From a virus: a stretch of DNA of 64,000 bases. The notes under the pieces were generated by a model that saw only the letters and a program-made list of their open reading frames with translations, searched no databases and was not told the origin of the DNA. The stretch is from positions 32,001-96,000 of IMG/VR virus record IMGVR_UViG_3300035696_001556; one strand, written 5' to 3'. The translations under genes and the position numbers were made by a program. This document shows positions 28,332 to 37,370 of the stretch, in pieces (within the stretch, counting starts at the first letter, position 1; each line of letters opens with the position of its first letter).

Positions 28332-28337
28332 AATACA

Positions 28338-29621
28338 ATGAGCTTTATTGGACAGGGATTAACAGGTTTATCTCTTTATGCCAGCGTCACAGGATTAGTT
28401 TCTGGATATACTGGATATGGCGAACACGGTCTTACTGGTTTTTTCTATACTGAAGATGGTTCAGATGTAGGGAATACTGGTCTGTGGCGTATTAAGGGTT
28501 CAAAAGTGGTATCTGGAGACTCCTTTGAAGTTACAGGAGTTTCTGCCGAATATGTCTCTTCGCTTACCATTACTAACGATGGTAATGGATCAGCAACAGG
28601 ACCTAGTGTTGTAATAGATGGTGTGGCAACTCCTATCCTTGCCGTTCCAAATACTAATTATCAGTTTGCGCAATGGCTAGGTATCAGCGGAGCTATGTCC
28701 TTCAGCAGTCCTACAGGAGCTTCTTCCAATGTTACAGTTACTGGTGGAGACGCCACAATAGAAGGTACTTTTAAGTACCTTACATATTCATTGACGATAA
28801 CTAATGATGGTCACGGATCAGCCACAGGTCCTAGTACTGTAAACAGTGGCGTAGCAACCCCTATTCTTGCTGTTCCCAACGCCAACTACAGCTTCGCACA
28901 ATGGTTAGGTATCAGTGGAACTTCAACTTTCAGCAATCCTACTGGTGCTTCTAGTAATGTGACGGTCGTTGGCGGAAATGCCACCATAGAAGCTACCTTC
29001 AATCATAACACATATCTTCTCACAATGGCCAATGACGGAAACGGTACAACCGTTCCGACTACTGAAATAGTCTGGTCTGCTACAGGTATTAATGTTCTCG
29101 GTGTCCCAAATCCTGGTTATAGCTTCAATCAATGGGGGGTCACTGGAGGTGTAGTCCTTAGTGGTGCCACTGGATCTTTTGCTGTTGCAACGCTTACTGG
29201 CAATGCTACAGTAACAGCTACTTTTAGTAACAACACGTACACACTGACTATGGCTAATGATGGAAACGGTACAACTGTTCCATCTGGGGCTACAGGAGTA
29301 TTGTCTCACACACCTTTTAATATTTCTGCAGAACCAAGTGCAGACTATGTATTCAGCAATTGGACAGTTGCAGGGGATGCAGTAGTAGCTTCTCCAACAT
29401 CAGTTGTGACTACAGTACAACTTATAGACAGTAGTGATACAGTTACAGCTCATTTCACATTTTCGCAAGCTCGTGAAGGTCCTAATTTTAATACCAGAGA
29501 TTGGGACAGATCAAAACCAGATTTCTTTCAGGCAAATCCATATGCAGGTCAAATAGCACAGATTTGGGATAATCCAAGAGACGGTGAACGTGTCGCAGAA
29601 GAACGTCAGTATCAAGAGTAA
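28338..29621 (+). CDS. surface/virion protein with four divergent InlB B-repeat-like domains
   Basis: Four ~75-aa repeats LT(I/M)xNDGxG...Y.F..W...ATxxAxF; x-T-G-rich. Confidence 0.75.
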   Translation: MSFIGQGLTGLSLYASVTGLVSGYTGYGEHGLTGFFYTEDGSDVGNTGLWRIKGSKVVSGDSFEVTGVSAEYVSSLTITNDGNGSATGPSVVIDGVATPILAVPNTNYQFAQWLGISGAMSFSSPTGASSNVTVTGGDATIEGTFKYLTYSLTITNDGHGSATGPSTVNSGVATPILAVPNANYSFAQWLGISGTSTFSNPTGASSNVTVVGGNATIEATFNHNTYLLTMANDGNGTTVPTTEIVWSATGINVLGVPNPGYSFNQWGVTGGVVLSGATGSFAVATLTGNATVTATFSNNTYTLTMANDGNGTTVPSGATGVLSHTPFNISAEPSADYVFSNWTVAGDAVVASPTSVVTTVQLIDSSDTVTAHFTFSQAREGPNFNTRDWDRSKPDFFQANPYAGQIAQIWDNPRDGERVAEERQYQE

Positions 29622-29644
29622 GAAAACTTAACAAGGAGGATTTT

Positions 29645-29785
29645 ATGTCTACACCCGCAGATGGCCCAGATGTTTATAAGCCGCATGTAGATATCAATGG
29701 ACCAGCAATAACAACGATACGTAACGAAGTTACCACGAAGAGTGGAACCGTTATGGGTCAAAAAGAAGACTACATGGTCAATTAA
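29645..29785 (+). CDS. small protein (46 aa, not in ORF track)
   Basis: AAGGAGGA RBS; MSTPADGPDVYKPHVDING... Confidence 0.65.
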   Translation: MSTPADGPDVYKPHVDINGPAITTIRNEVTTKSGTVMGQKEDYMVN

Positions 29786-29814
29786 TGAATTAGACCTAAA
29801 TCGTTCTTAAGAAG

Positions 29815-29848
29815 AGCCGAAGGACAGAGATGTCTTTCGGTTTTTTAT
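29815..29848 (+). terminator. intrinsic terminator
   Basis: AGCCGAAGGACA-gaga-TGTCTTTCGGTT followed by a T tract. Confidence 0.85.
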
Positions 29849-29866
29849 TGATAGTCTATTAATAAA
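29849..29866 (+). promoter_or_regulatory. putative late promoter motif
   Basis: TGATAGTCTATTAATAAA immediately after the terminator. Confidence 0.55.
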
Positions 29867-29903
29867 ATACCATATATAAATAAAGAAATCACAAAAAGGG
29901 ATA

Positions 29904-30171
29904 ATGGTGGCTACATATAGGTACAGGAACAGGCGCATGGGGAGCGGCTTCTGGCGGTTCCATGTCAGCAAACGGTGCACCTTTCTCATGTACTGTAAGT
30001 GCTGCAGGTACAATAGCACAATTTACTGTTTATGACTGTAATGGTAATCCAGTCTTTTCTGGAAGTGTTACATTGACAGGATCAGGTGGGGATATTCAAC
30101 TGTCATCTGTCACTTATAATGTAGGTGACACCATAGACATAACAAGTTTAACTTACACGGCACCAAATTAA
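29904..30171 (+). pseudogene. frameshifted, probably internally deleted small virion protein
   Basis: RBS+ATG at 29904 (MVATY) is out of frame with the protein-like body GTGTGAWGAASGG...DITSLTYTAPN, whose frame has a stop at 29902. Confidence 0.55.
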
Positions 30172-30197
30172 AATATGACCCTCCAAGGCGGTGAAGT

Positions 30198-32810
30198 ATG
30201 AAAACATTAGATCCTTCAGGGATTACTGGGCCTAATTTTCCATACCCTCCAACAAATGGTCAGATATTCGTTGATGAGACCGTAATCCCTCCCGTTACAT
30301 ATGTGTTCAATGCATTTAGAGAAGCATGGTATACATTTAGTGTAGAAGAGAATGCATGGATCATAGCGTATCAAGTATATACTTTTACTGGACCTATTGG
30401 CATACAGGGAATAACTGGATCTGATGGAGTTACTGGATCAATTGGAGTTCAGGGTGTCACAGGTTCTGAAGGAATTACAGGGCCTTCTGGATATGGTATA
30501 AGCGGAGTAACAGGTCAAAGTGGAATCACCGGATCAATAGGAATTCAAGGTATAACTGGCCAAAGCGGAATAACAGGATCAGTTGGAATTACAGGAAGTC
30601 AGGGAACGCAAGGAATAACTGGACCTAGTGGAATTACAGGCCCAAGTGGAGTTACAGGATCTACTGCTCCTACAGGAATTCAAGGAATAACTGGACCTAC
30701 AGGAAATCAAGGTATAACTGGATCAAATGGAATAACAGGTTCTGTCGGAATAACTGGATCTATTGGAATAACAGGTTCTGTCGGAGTAACTGGATCTTTT
30801 GGGATAACTGGATCTGGTGGGATAACTGGATCTGGTGGGATAACTGGATCTACTGCTCCTACAGGAATTCAGGGTATAACTGGATTTCAGGGAATTACTG
30901 GAACTGTTGGAATACAAGGTACAACTGGCACAAATGGAGTAACTGGATCAGTAGGGATAACAGGATCGGTAGGAATCACTGGGACTGGTGGAATAACAGG
31001 TTCTACTGCACCTACGGGGATTCAAGGTATAACTGGAAATAAAGGAGTACAAGGGGATACCGGATCTAATGGAATTACTGGTTCTGTTGGAGTTACTGGT
31101 TCTGTTGGAGTTACTGGTTCTGTTGGAGTTACTGGTTCTATTGGAATAACAGGTTCTACTGCACCTACGGGGATTCAAGGTATAACTGGAAATAAAGGAG
31201 TACAAGGGGATACCGGAAATAATGGAGTAACTGGATCTGTTGGAGTGACTGGATCTGTAGGAGTAACAGGTTCAGTAGGAATAACTGGTTCAACTGCACC
31301 TACTGGGGTTCAAGGAATAACTGGACCAACTGGAATACAAGGTATAGCTGGATCTAATGGAGTAACTGGATCAGTTGGATTAACTGGATCAGCTGGGGTT
31401 ACCGGCTCTATAGGAGTAACTGGCTCGATAGCACCTACAGGAATTCAAGGTATAACTGGACCTACTGGAATTCAAGGTATAACTGGAAATAACGGAGTAA
31501 CTGGATCTGTTGGAATTACAGGTTCAACTGCTACTACTGGAATTCAAGGTATAACTGGATTCCAGGGAATTACAGGATCTGTTGGAATACAAGGAATAAC
31601 TGGTCAAAATGGTATTACAGGTTCAGTTGGAGTAACTGGATCAGTTGGAATAACGGGATCTAGTGGAATAACCGGTTCAACAGCACCTACAGGAATTCAA
31701 GGTATAACTGGATTACAAGGAATTACTGGAACAGTTGGAATACAAGGAATAACTGGACAAAATGGAATAACTGGATCAACAGGTATTACAGGATCTGTTG
31801 GAGTCACTGGGTCACTTGGAATAACAGGATCAACTGCTCCGACTGGAGTTCAAGGTATAACTGGTACTAAAGGAATTCAAGGAGATACTGGCCCTAATGG
31901 AGTAACAGGCTCTGTTGGAGTTACCGGGTCAGTCGGAGTTACTGGCTCTGCTGGAATAACAGGTTCAACTGCTCCTACTGGAATTCAAGGTATAACTGGA
32001 TTCCAGGGAATTACCGGAGCAATTGGAATTCAAGGTATAACTGGACAAAATGGAGTAACAGGATCAGTAGGAGTTACAGGTTCAGTTGGAATAACTGGGT
32101 CTAGTGGAATTACCGGATCCACTGCTCCTACTGGAATTCAAGGTATAACTGGATTTCAAGGGATAACTGGTGCTGTTGGAATTCAGGGAATTACAGGAAA
32201 TAATGGAGTAACAGGATCAGTAGGAGTTACAGGCTCTATTGGAATTACTGGTTCTGTTGGTATAACGGGTTCAACCGCTCCTACAGGGATCCAAGGAATT
32301 ACTGGTCCTACTGGAATACAAGGAACAACAGGAAACAACGGAGTTACAGGCTCTGTAGGTATAACAGGCTCTATAGGAATCACAGGGTCTGTAGGGGTAA
32401 CTGGATCAGTTGGAGTTACTGGTTCTACCGCACCTACAGGAATCCAAGGAATTACTGGAAATCAAGGTATAACTGGAGCTTCAGGGCTGGCTGTACCAAG
32501 AGTTACTACTATCTCTTCGGCTTCTACTATAACTCCAAACACTAATACAACCGATGAAATTATGATTACTGCACTAGGAGTGACCGGTTATTTTGCCACA
32601 CCAACAGGTAACCCAAGTGAAGGACAAAGATTATTATTTAATATCTTAGACAACTCATCGGCGCAAGGATTACTGTTCTCTTCTTCCTATATCCCCATGG
32701 GAACGACTTTACCGACAACCACAACCGCTGGTAAATATATGTATTTGGAATTTGTATATAATCGCACACTTACTGATTGGTGCCTGTTAGCTTCAGCGAC
32801 ACAATCTTAA
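30198..32810 (+). CDS. collagen-like fibre protein
   Basis: N-terminal FPYPPTNGQ anchor, about 700 aa of (G-x-T-G-x-x)n, globular C-terminal domain. Confidence 0.9.
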   Translation: MKTLDPSGITGPNFPYPPTNGQIFVDETVIPPVTYVFNAFREAWYTFSVEENAWIIAYQVYTFTGPIGIQGITGSDGVTGSIGVQGVTGSEGITGPSGYGISGVTGQSGITGSIGIQGITGQSGITGSVGITGSQGTQGITGPSGITGPSGVTGSTAPTGIQGITGPTGNQGITGSNGITGSVGITGSIGITGSVGVTGSFGITGSGGITGSGGITGSTAPTGIQGITGFQGITGTVGIQGTTGTNGVTGSVGITGSVGITGTGGITGSTAPTGIQGITGNKGVQGDTGSNGITGSVGVTGSVGVTGSVGVTGSIGITGSTAPTGIQGITGNKGVQGDTGNNGVTGSVGVTGSVGVTGSVGITGSTAPTGVQGITGPTGIQGIAGSNGVTGSVGLTGSAGVTGSIGVTGSIAPTGIQGITGPTGIQGITGNNGVTGSVGITGSTATTGIQGITGFQGITGSVGIQGITGQNGITGSVGVTGSVGITGSSGITGSTAPTGIQGITGLQGITGTVGIQGITGQNGITGSTGITGSVGVTGSLGITGSTAPTGVQGITGTKGIQGDTGPNGVTGSVGVTGSVGVTGSAGITGSTAPTGIQGITGFQGITGAIGIQGITGQNGVTGSVGVTGSVGITGSSGITGSTAPTGIQGITGFQGITGAVGIQGITGNNGVTGSVGVTGSIGITGSVGITGSTAPTGIQGITGPTGIQGTTGNNGVTGSVGITGSIGITGSVGVTGSVGVTGSTAPTGIQGITGNQGITGASGLAVPRVTTISSASTITPNTNTTDEIMITALGVTGYFATPTGNPSEGQRLLFNILDNSSAQGLLFSSSYIPMGTTLPTTTTAGKYMYLEFVYNRTLTDWCLLASATQS
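30390..32480 (+). repeat. collagen-like tandem repeats with ~153-nt higher-order unit
   Basis: GGAATAACTGGA-type repeats; about 13 GSTAPTG-type interruptions. Confidence 0.9.
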
Positions 32811-32822
32811 AGGGAAGATAAT

Positions 32823-33236
32823 ATGGCAGAACTATTAATTAAAGCAATTTCAGCAAATCATTCAGATCCTATTAAGAATGAGCAAGGATGCTATAAGCGT
32901 GGCGACATAGTTGATGTTCGTCCTGATGGATTTGGATGGGGTAATTCAGAAGGACTTCCAAATTTTGTCAGGATCGGGGTCACGGGAGTGGATGCTTCAT
33001 CCATTAAGAATTTCATGGTGTCTCATTATGGCATGACTGGGATCCAGGGAGTGACTGGACTTTTCGAGACCAGACAGGTGGTGCTTAAACGCAGGCTATG
33101 GAATGTTCTTCTTGATGATGCGTCCATGCCCCAGACAATAAAGGACTCCTTGAATAGCACTGGAAGAGTGACAGTCACAAAGGATCAGATACAGGGCTTT
33201 GTGCAGAATAAATCAACATCAGAGACATGGAAATAA
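32823..33236 (+). CDS. fibre-associated hypothetical protein
   Basis: 137 aa; YKRGDIVDVRPDG..WG; contains GVTG and GMTGIQGVTG. Confidence 0.7.
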   Translation: MAELLIKAISANHSDPIKNEQGCYKRGDIVDVRPDGFGWGNSEGLPNFVRIGVTGVDASSIKNFMVSHYGMTGIQGVTGLFETRQVVLKRRLWNVLLDDASMPQTIKDSLNSTGRVTVTKDQIQGFVQNKSTSETWK

Positions 33237-33245
33237 AAGGGAATT

Positions 33246-34208
33246 ATGGCTACCGTCATTACGAAAACCATAAAGCCTTCCGGTGGCGATTATACCAGCC
33301 TCTCTAACTGGGAAGCAGGGGAACAGGCTAATCTGGTAGCTTTAAATGAAATAGCGGTCGCTGAATGTTATTCGATGACTGATACTACAAAAGTTAATAT
33401 AAATGGATGGACTACGGGAGCAAATAATTATATAGAAATCTATACCCCCCTCAGTGAAAGACACAAAGGAGTCTGGGATGATAGTAAGTATATATTATCT
33501 ATTGCTAGTGCTTACAGTTATGGATTAATACTAAATGTTTCAAATATATATATAGAAGGTTTACAGATAAGTATAACGGGAGATTTCTCCTATGAAGGCG
33601 GAATAGGGTGTGAAGATAGTACAGGATTTTACAAAATATCTAAAAACATTATACGAGGAGTTTTGAGTAGTGGGGTAGAATCATGTTTTGCAATATCAAC
33701 AACCAGTGGTGCATACATATGGAACAATATTATATATGGATGGAAAGAAGTGACAGGAAATATTAATGGGGTATTTCTAACAAATGGCCCTGGATATGCT
33801 TATAATAACACAATCGTAAATTGTTTTGATGGTGCATATAATCCTTACGGTGGAGGGATAACACTGGTAAATAATATTTTTTCTTCTTGTACTAACGATG
33901 TAGATGATACTTCATATGCAAGTGTAACAGCTACTTACTGTTCGACTACTAATGACAACACAAAAGGACTAACTCCTTCTGGTACTGGCAACAGGTTTTC
34001 GCAGTCCTTTGCCTTCGTGAATCCAGGCTCTAATAACTATCAACTTGCCCAAAATGATACAGGAGCAAAGGGTTGGGGTGAGACCGATCCGGGATCTGGT
34101 CTCTTCTCCGACGACATCAATGGTCTGACCCGCACAGTTCCTTGGGATATCGGGGCTGAAAAATATGTAGCTCCAGCAGGTTCTCTATGGTTTTTTAATT
34201 GGGGTTAA
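33246..34208 (+). CDS. right-handed beta-helix (pectin-lyase-like) fibre/receptor-binding protein
   Basis: GGDYTSLSNWE start, Asn-ladder IWNNII/AYNNTI/VNNIF, C-terminal WDIGAE. Confidence 0.75.
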   Translation: MATVITKTIKPSGGDYTSLSNWEAGEQANLVALNEIAVAECYSMTDTTKVNINGWTTGANNYIEIYTPLSERHKGVWDDSKYILSIASAYSYGLILNVSNIYIEGLQISITGDFSYEGGIGCEDSTGFYKISKNIIRGVLSSGVESCFAISTTSGAYIWNNIIYGWKEVTGNINGVFLTNGPGYAYNNTIVNCFDGAYNPYGGGITLVNNIFSSCTNDVDDTSYASVTATYCSTTNDNTKGLTPSGTGNRFSQSFAFVNPGSNNYQLAQNDTGAKGWGETDPGSGLFSDDINGLTRTVPWDIGAEKYVAPAGSLWFFNWG

Positions 34209-34211
34209 TCC

Positions 34212-34229
34212 TATTAAACTATTAATACT
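34212..34229 (+). promoter_or_regulatory. putative late promoter motif
   Basis: TATTAAACTATTAATACT. Confidence 0.45.
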
Positions 34230-34252
34230 ATCAGTTATATAGAGGTAATCGT

Positions 34253-35483
34253 ATGGCTTTTCCTTCAAGCCCATCAGACGGCCAAACATATATAAATGAA
34301 TGCTCTAGGGACTGTATTTATTTTTAATGCATCTAGAGGTGTATGGTTAGTAGACTCACAAGGTGCGACTGGAGCTGCTGGTGTAACCGGATCCGCTGGA
34401 GTTAATGGAGCAACTGGTCAAAATGGAATTACAGGTTCGGTTGGTATAACTGGATCTATTGGAGTCACCGGATCTCCAAGCTTTCAAGGTATAACTGGAT
34501 TAAATGGGGTAACCGGAGCTTTTGGGGTCACAGGATCTTCTGGGCCTACTGGTGCAAATGGAGTAACAGGATCAGTAGGAGTAACTGGATCTTTAGGAGT
34601 CACTGGATCTACTGGTCTTCAAGGTATAACTGGATTAAATGGAGTAACTGGGTCTCTAGGAGTAACAGGAGCATTAGGAGTAACTGGATCATTAGGAGTA
34701 ACTGGATCATTTGGGATAACTGGCACACAATATCTTTCTATATATACAGGGGCTAATGGAATAACAGGGGCTAATGGAATAACAGGATCTTTGGGAGTAA
34801 CCGGGTCATTAGGAGTAACAGGGTCCATAGGGATAACAGGTGTCTATGGATCTAATATACAAGTTCTAACATTTGGAACCGTATCTTATACACCAACATC
34901 AGGCACAACTAGAGCACATTTAGATTTGTGGGGAGGTGGAGGAGCTGGAGGAGGATCAACTGGAACGGGATCCGTGGGTGGTGGAGGAGGATCCGGTGGA
35001 TATGCAGCATACTTTTTCACTGGCATGGGATCTGGACCTTATACGGTTGCAGTAGGTGTAGGTGGAACAGGAATAGCTGGAATGCCAGGATGGACAGGTG
35101 GTAATACTACATTTAATACTGGCTCTGTTACAATTACGGCATATGGTGGATCAGGTGCTGGTTGTACTTCTGCTGCAACAAACGTTATAGCTGGAGGAGC
35201 AGGCGGTACAGTATCAACTAATGGAACAGTAAATGGAGCAGGACAACCCGGATTACCGGCTGTTGTAACCGCAACAGGAAATATATATTTGTCTGGTAGT
35301 GGCGGATCGACGTCATTAGGTGGTGGAGGAGTTGGCATAGTTAATTCAGTTGGTTCACCTGGAAATGATGCAGTCGCTAATACAGGGTCAGGTGGTGGCG
35401 GAGCTGGTTTGACTGGAATAGCAGCTCAGCGTGGTGGTAATGGAGCAGCTGGAAGAATAGTTATAACGGAATATAGAGGATGA
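34253..35483 (+). pseudogene. second collagen-like/glycine-rich fibre gene, frameshifted by a 4-nt duplication
   Basis: GAGGT RBS + ATG 34253 MAFPSSPSDGQTYIN; AATGAATG at 34295-34302; deleting one AATG fuses it to ORF 34296..35483. Confidence 0.75.
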
Positions 35484-35487
35484 TTTT

Positions 35488-36930
35488 ATGGCTTTCATGT
35501 GGTATATAAATCCTGAATCGCAAACAGAAGATGGCTTCACTCCAGCCACAGGATATCACAGTTATCTTAATTTGAGTATCAGCAGAACGCTGAGTGATGG
35601 TGATGTTGTAAACTTTGTGAATAACGGTATCATAGACGACAGCTCCAGTGCTCTTTTTGTCATATCCAACAGTATCACACTCCAATCCTGGCCTAGTAAT
35701 ACATCTAAACCTACCTGGAAAACGGCTCAGGAAGTCTCAATAATAGGAACTTCGTCTTTCAGTATGTCTAGCCTTGTCTTGGTTGGAACAACTAATTTTT
35801 TAATAAACGGATATTTAAACAGCCCAGCTGATCCTACCTGTAAGTATGTCTCTATAAATAAGTGCGACTTTTCTCTCAATGCCAGTGTAATAATCTATGG
35901 AATAACCAGCGGATCCATCGTTAATAATATTTTCAGGAACAATACTTCTACACCTTTGCACATAGATAATGTCTCTGGAAGCACAATACCAAATATTGAC
36001 GGTGTAGCAATAAATAACAATACTTTTTATGGCATAATGCCAGTCAGGACTTACTGTATATCTGTAGAAACAGATTTTGATGTAAATAATTTTAAGATTT
36101 TGAATAATATTTACAGTACGGCAAATGGAAGTTTATATTTTTATATTCAGCCAAATGCTTCCGCCACAAATATCCTTATAGACTACGATTTGGATTACAA
36201 TGCTGGAGATATCTATATATCGTATCCGGGCTTTACTAGTATACTTAGCCCGAATAGCATACACAATACTGATCCTCTTTTAACAGACCCAGCTAACGGG
36301 GATTTCACGTTACAGAGTGATAGCCCTTGTATAAATAGAGGTATCGATAACAGCACAGACCCATCCGTACCTACAGACGATTTCATAGGCACACACAGAC
36401 CCAACAGCGTTCATACAGATATCGGTGCGTATGAGTACATTTTCCCGATACCACCGGTACCGCCTCCGCCTTATCCTTCCGTTGCAAGCTTTTATCCTGG
36501 GTATCGTTTGCAGAATGAAGATTTAAATATGAGCTTCTATGCCCAAGGATTGGTGTATCCAGCTGGTTTAACATACTCTTATACGCCATACAGTGTCAGC
36601 TATGAGATAGATTACATAGATGCGTACGGAGATTTTGTACTAATAGGATCTACAAGCAGGATACCACAACTTGTGGTTAAAGGGACTTATAGGCCTAATT
36701 TAATCATAGAGGATAGCTGGACTCCAGGACAATACCAGATTACCTGGAAATATCAGATATCAGGAGATTCGGATTTTCAGTATTATTCGGAGATATTTGA
36801 TGTTGTGGATCTCGGTGTGCATTATGTTCCATTTGAAATAAATGTTTGTAACTTGAATCTACCAGCAATTTTTAATGTGATCCAAGAGACGTCCTACGAC
36901 CTCCCAGGATCGTTTATGATCACTCCTTAG
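35488..36930 (+). CDS. beta-helix virion protein with C-terminal Ig-like domain
   Basis: Asn-ladder repeats, DPLLTDP..GDFTLQSDSPCINRG...DIGAYE, Pro linker, Ig-like tail. Confidence 0.7.
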   Translation: MAFMWYINPESQTEDGFTPATGYHSYLNLSISRTLSDGDVVNFVNNGIIDDSSSALFVISNSITLQSWPSNTSKPTWKTAQEVSIIGTSSFSMSSLVLVGTTNFLINGYLNSPADPTCKYVSINKCDFSLNASVIIYGITSGSIVNNIFRNNTSTPLHIDNVSGSTIPNIDGVAINNNTFYGIMPVRTYCISVETDFDVNNFKILNNIYSTANGSLYFYIQPNASATNILIDYDLDYNAGDIYISYPGFTSILSPNSIHNTDPLLTDPANGDFTLQSDSPCINRGIDNSTDPSVPTDDFIGTHRPNSVHTDIGAYEYIFPIPPVPPPPYPSVASFYPGYRLQNEDLNMSFYAQGLVYPAGLTYSYTPYSVSYEIDYIDAYGDFVLIGSTSRIPQLVVKGTYRPNLIIEDSWTPGQYQITWKYQISGDSDFQYYSEIFDVVDLGVHYVPFEINVCNLNLPAIFNVIQETSYDLPGSFMITP

Positions 36931-37258
36931 CCCAGCAAAGCCTCCAGACGGCTATAACATCGAAGGGGGTGTCTAGATACATAGGAAGCTCTTCTACAGG
37001 GGTCTCATAGAGAAGGAGATATACCATTTGGTATGGATGTATTTCGGAGGAGCCCCCGTTGGCGGTTTTTCCCACTTCTGCGAATTCGTGGATTTTGCTT
37101 CTGATCTTGTCGGGGCCGTCTTTTTTGTAGTTTCTTATAAGATTTATGGTATTTCGTATGGCTGATTCGGCGGTATTAGAGGAAAAAAAACCTGGGATTC
37201 CTAGAAGTTCTAGGTGCCTCAACAGGTCTTCCAGGTCCTCCATCGTATACTCAATCAT
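36920..37258 (-). CDS. hypothetical protein, the only convincing minus-strand gene
   Basis: GGAGG RBS and own sigma70-type promoter; fills a gap between + strand genes. Confidence 0.75.
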   Translation of the reverse strand: MIEYTMEDLEDLLRHLELLGIPGFFSSNTAESAIRNTINLIRNYKKDGPDKIRSKIHEFAEVGKTANGGSSEIHPYQMVYLLLYETPVEELPMYLDTPFDVIAVWRLCWAKE

Positions 37259-37274
37259 AGATACCTCCCACTAT

Positions 37275-37303
37275 AATATACTTTTTTGTAAGGCTCGATC
37301 CAA
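37275..37303 (-). promoter_or_regulatory. sigma70-type promoter
   Basis: TTGGAT-N17-TATATT on the minus strand. Confidence 0.6.
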
Positions 37304-37308
37304 GAAAA

Positions 37309-37326
37309 TAATAAGCTATTCATAAA
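37309..37326 (+). promoter_or_regulatory. putative late promoter motif
   Basis: TAATAAGCTATTCATAAA. Confidence 0.45.
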
Positions 37327-37370
37327 AAATAATCTTAAGGTATATCAGCTCAATTTTATGAGGGGATAAT

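Noticed and set aside
30390-34850. CRISPR array or DGR template/variable repeat
   Set aside because: Repeats are in-frame collagen codons without unique spacers; no reverse transcriptase and no adenine-specific variation seen.
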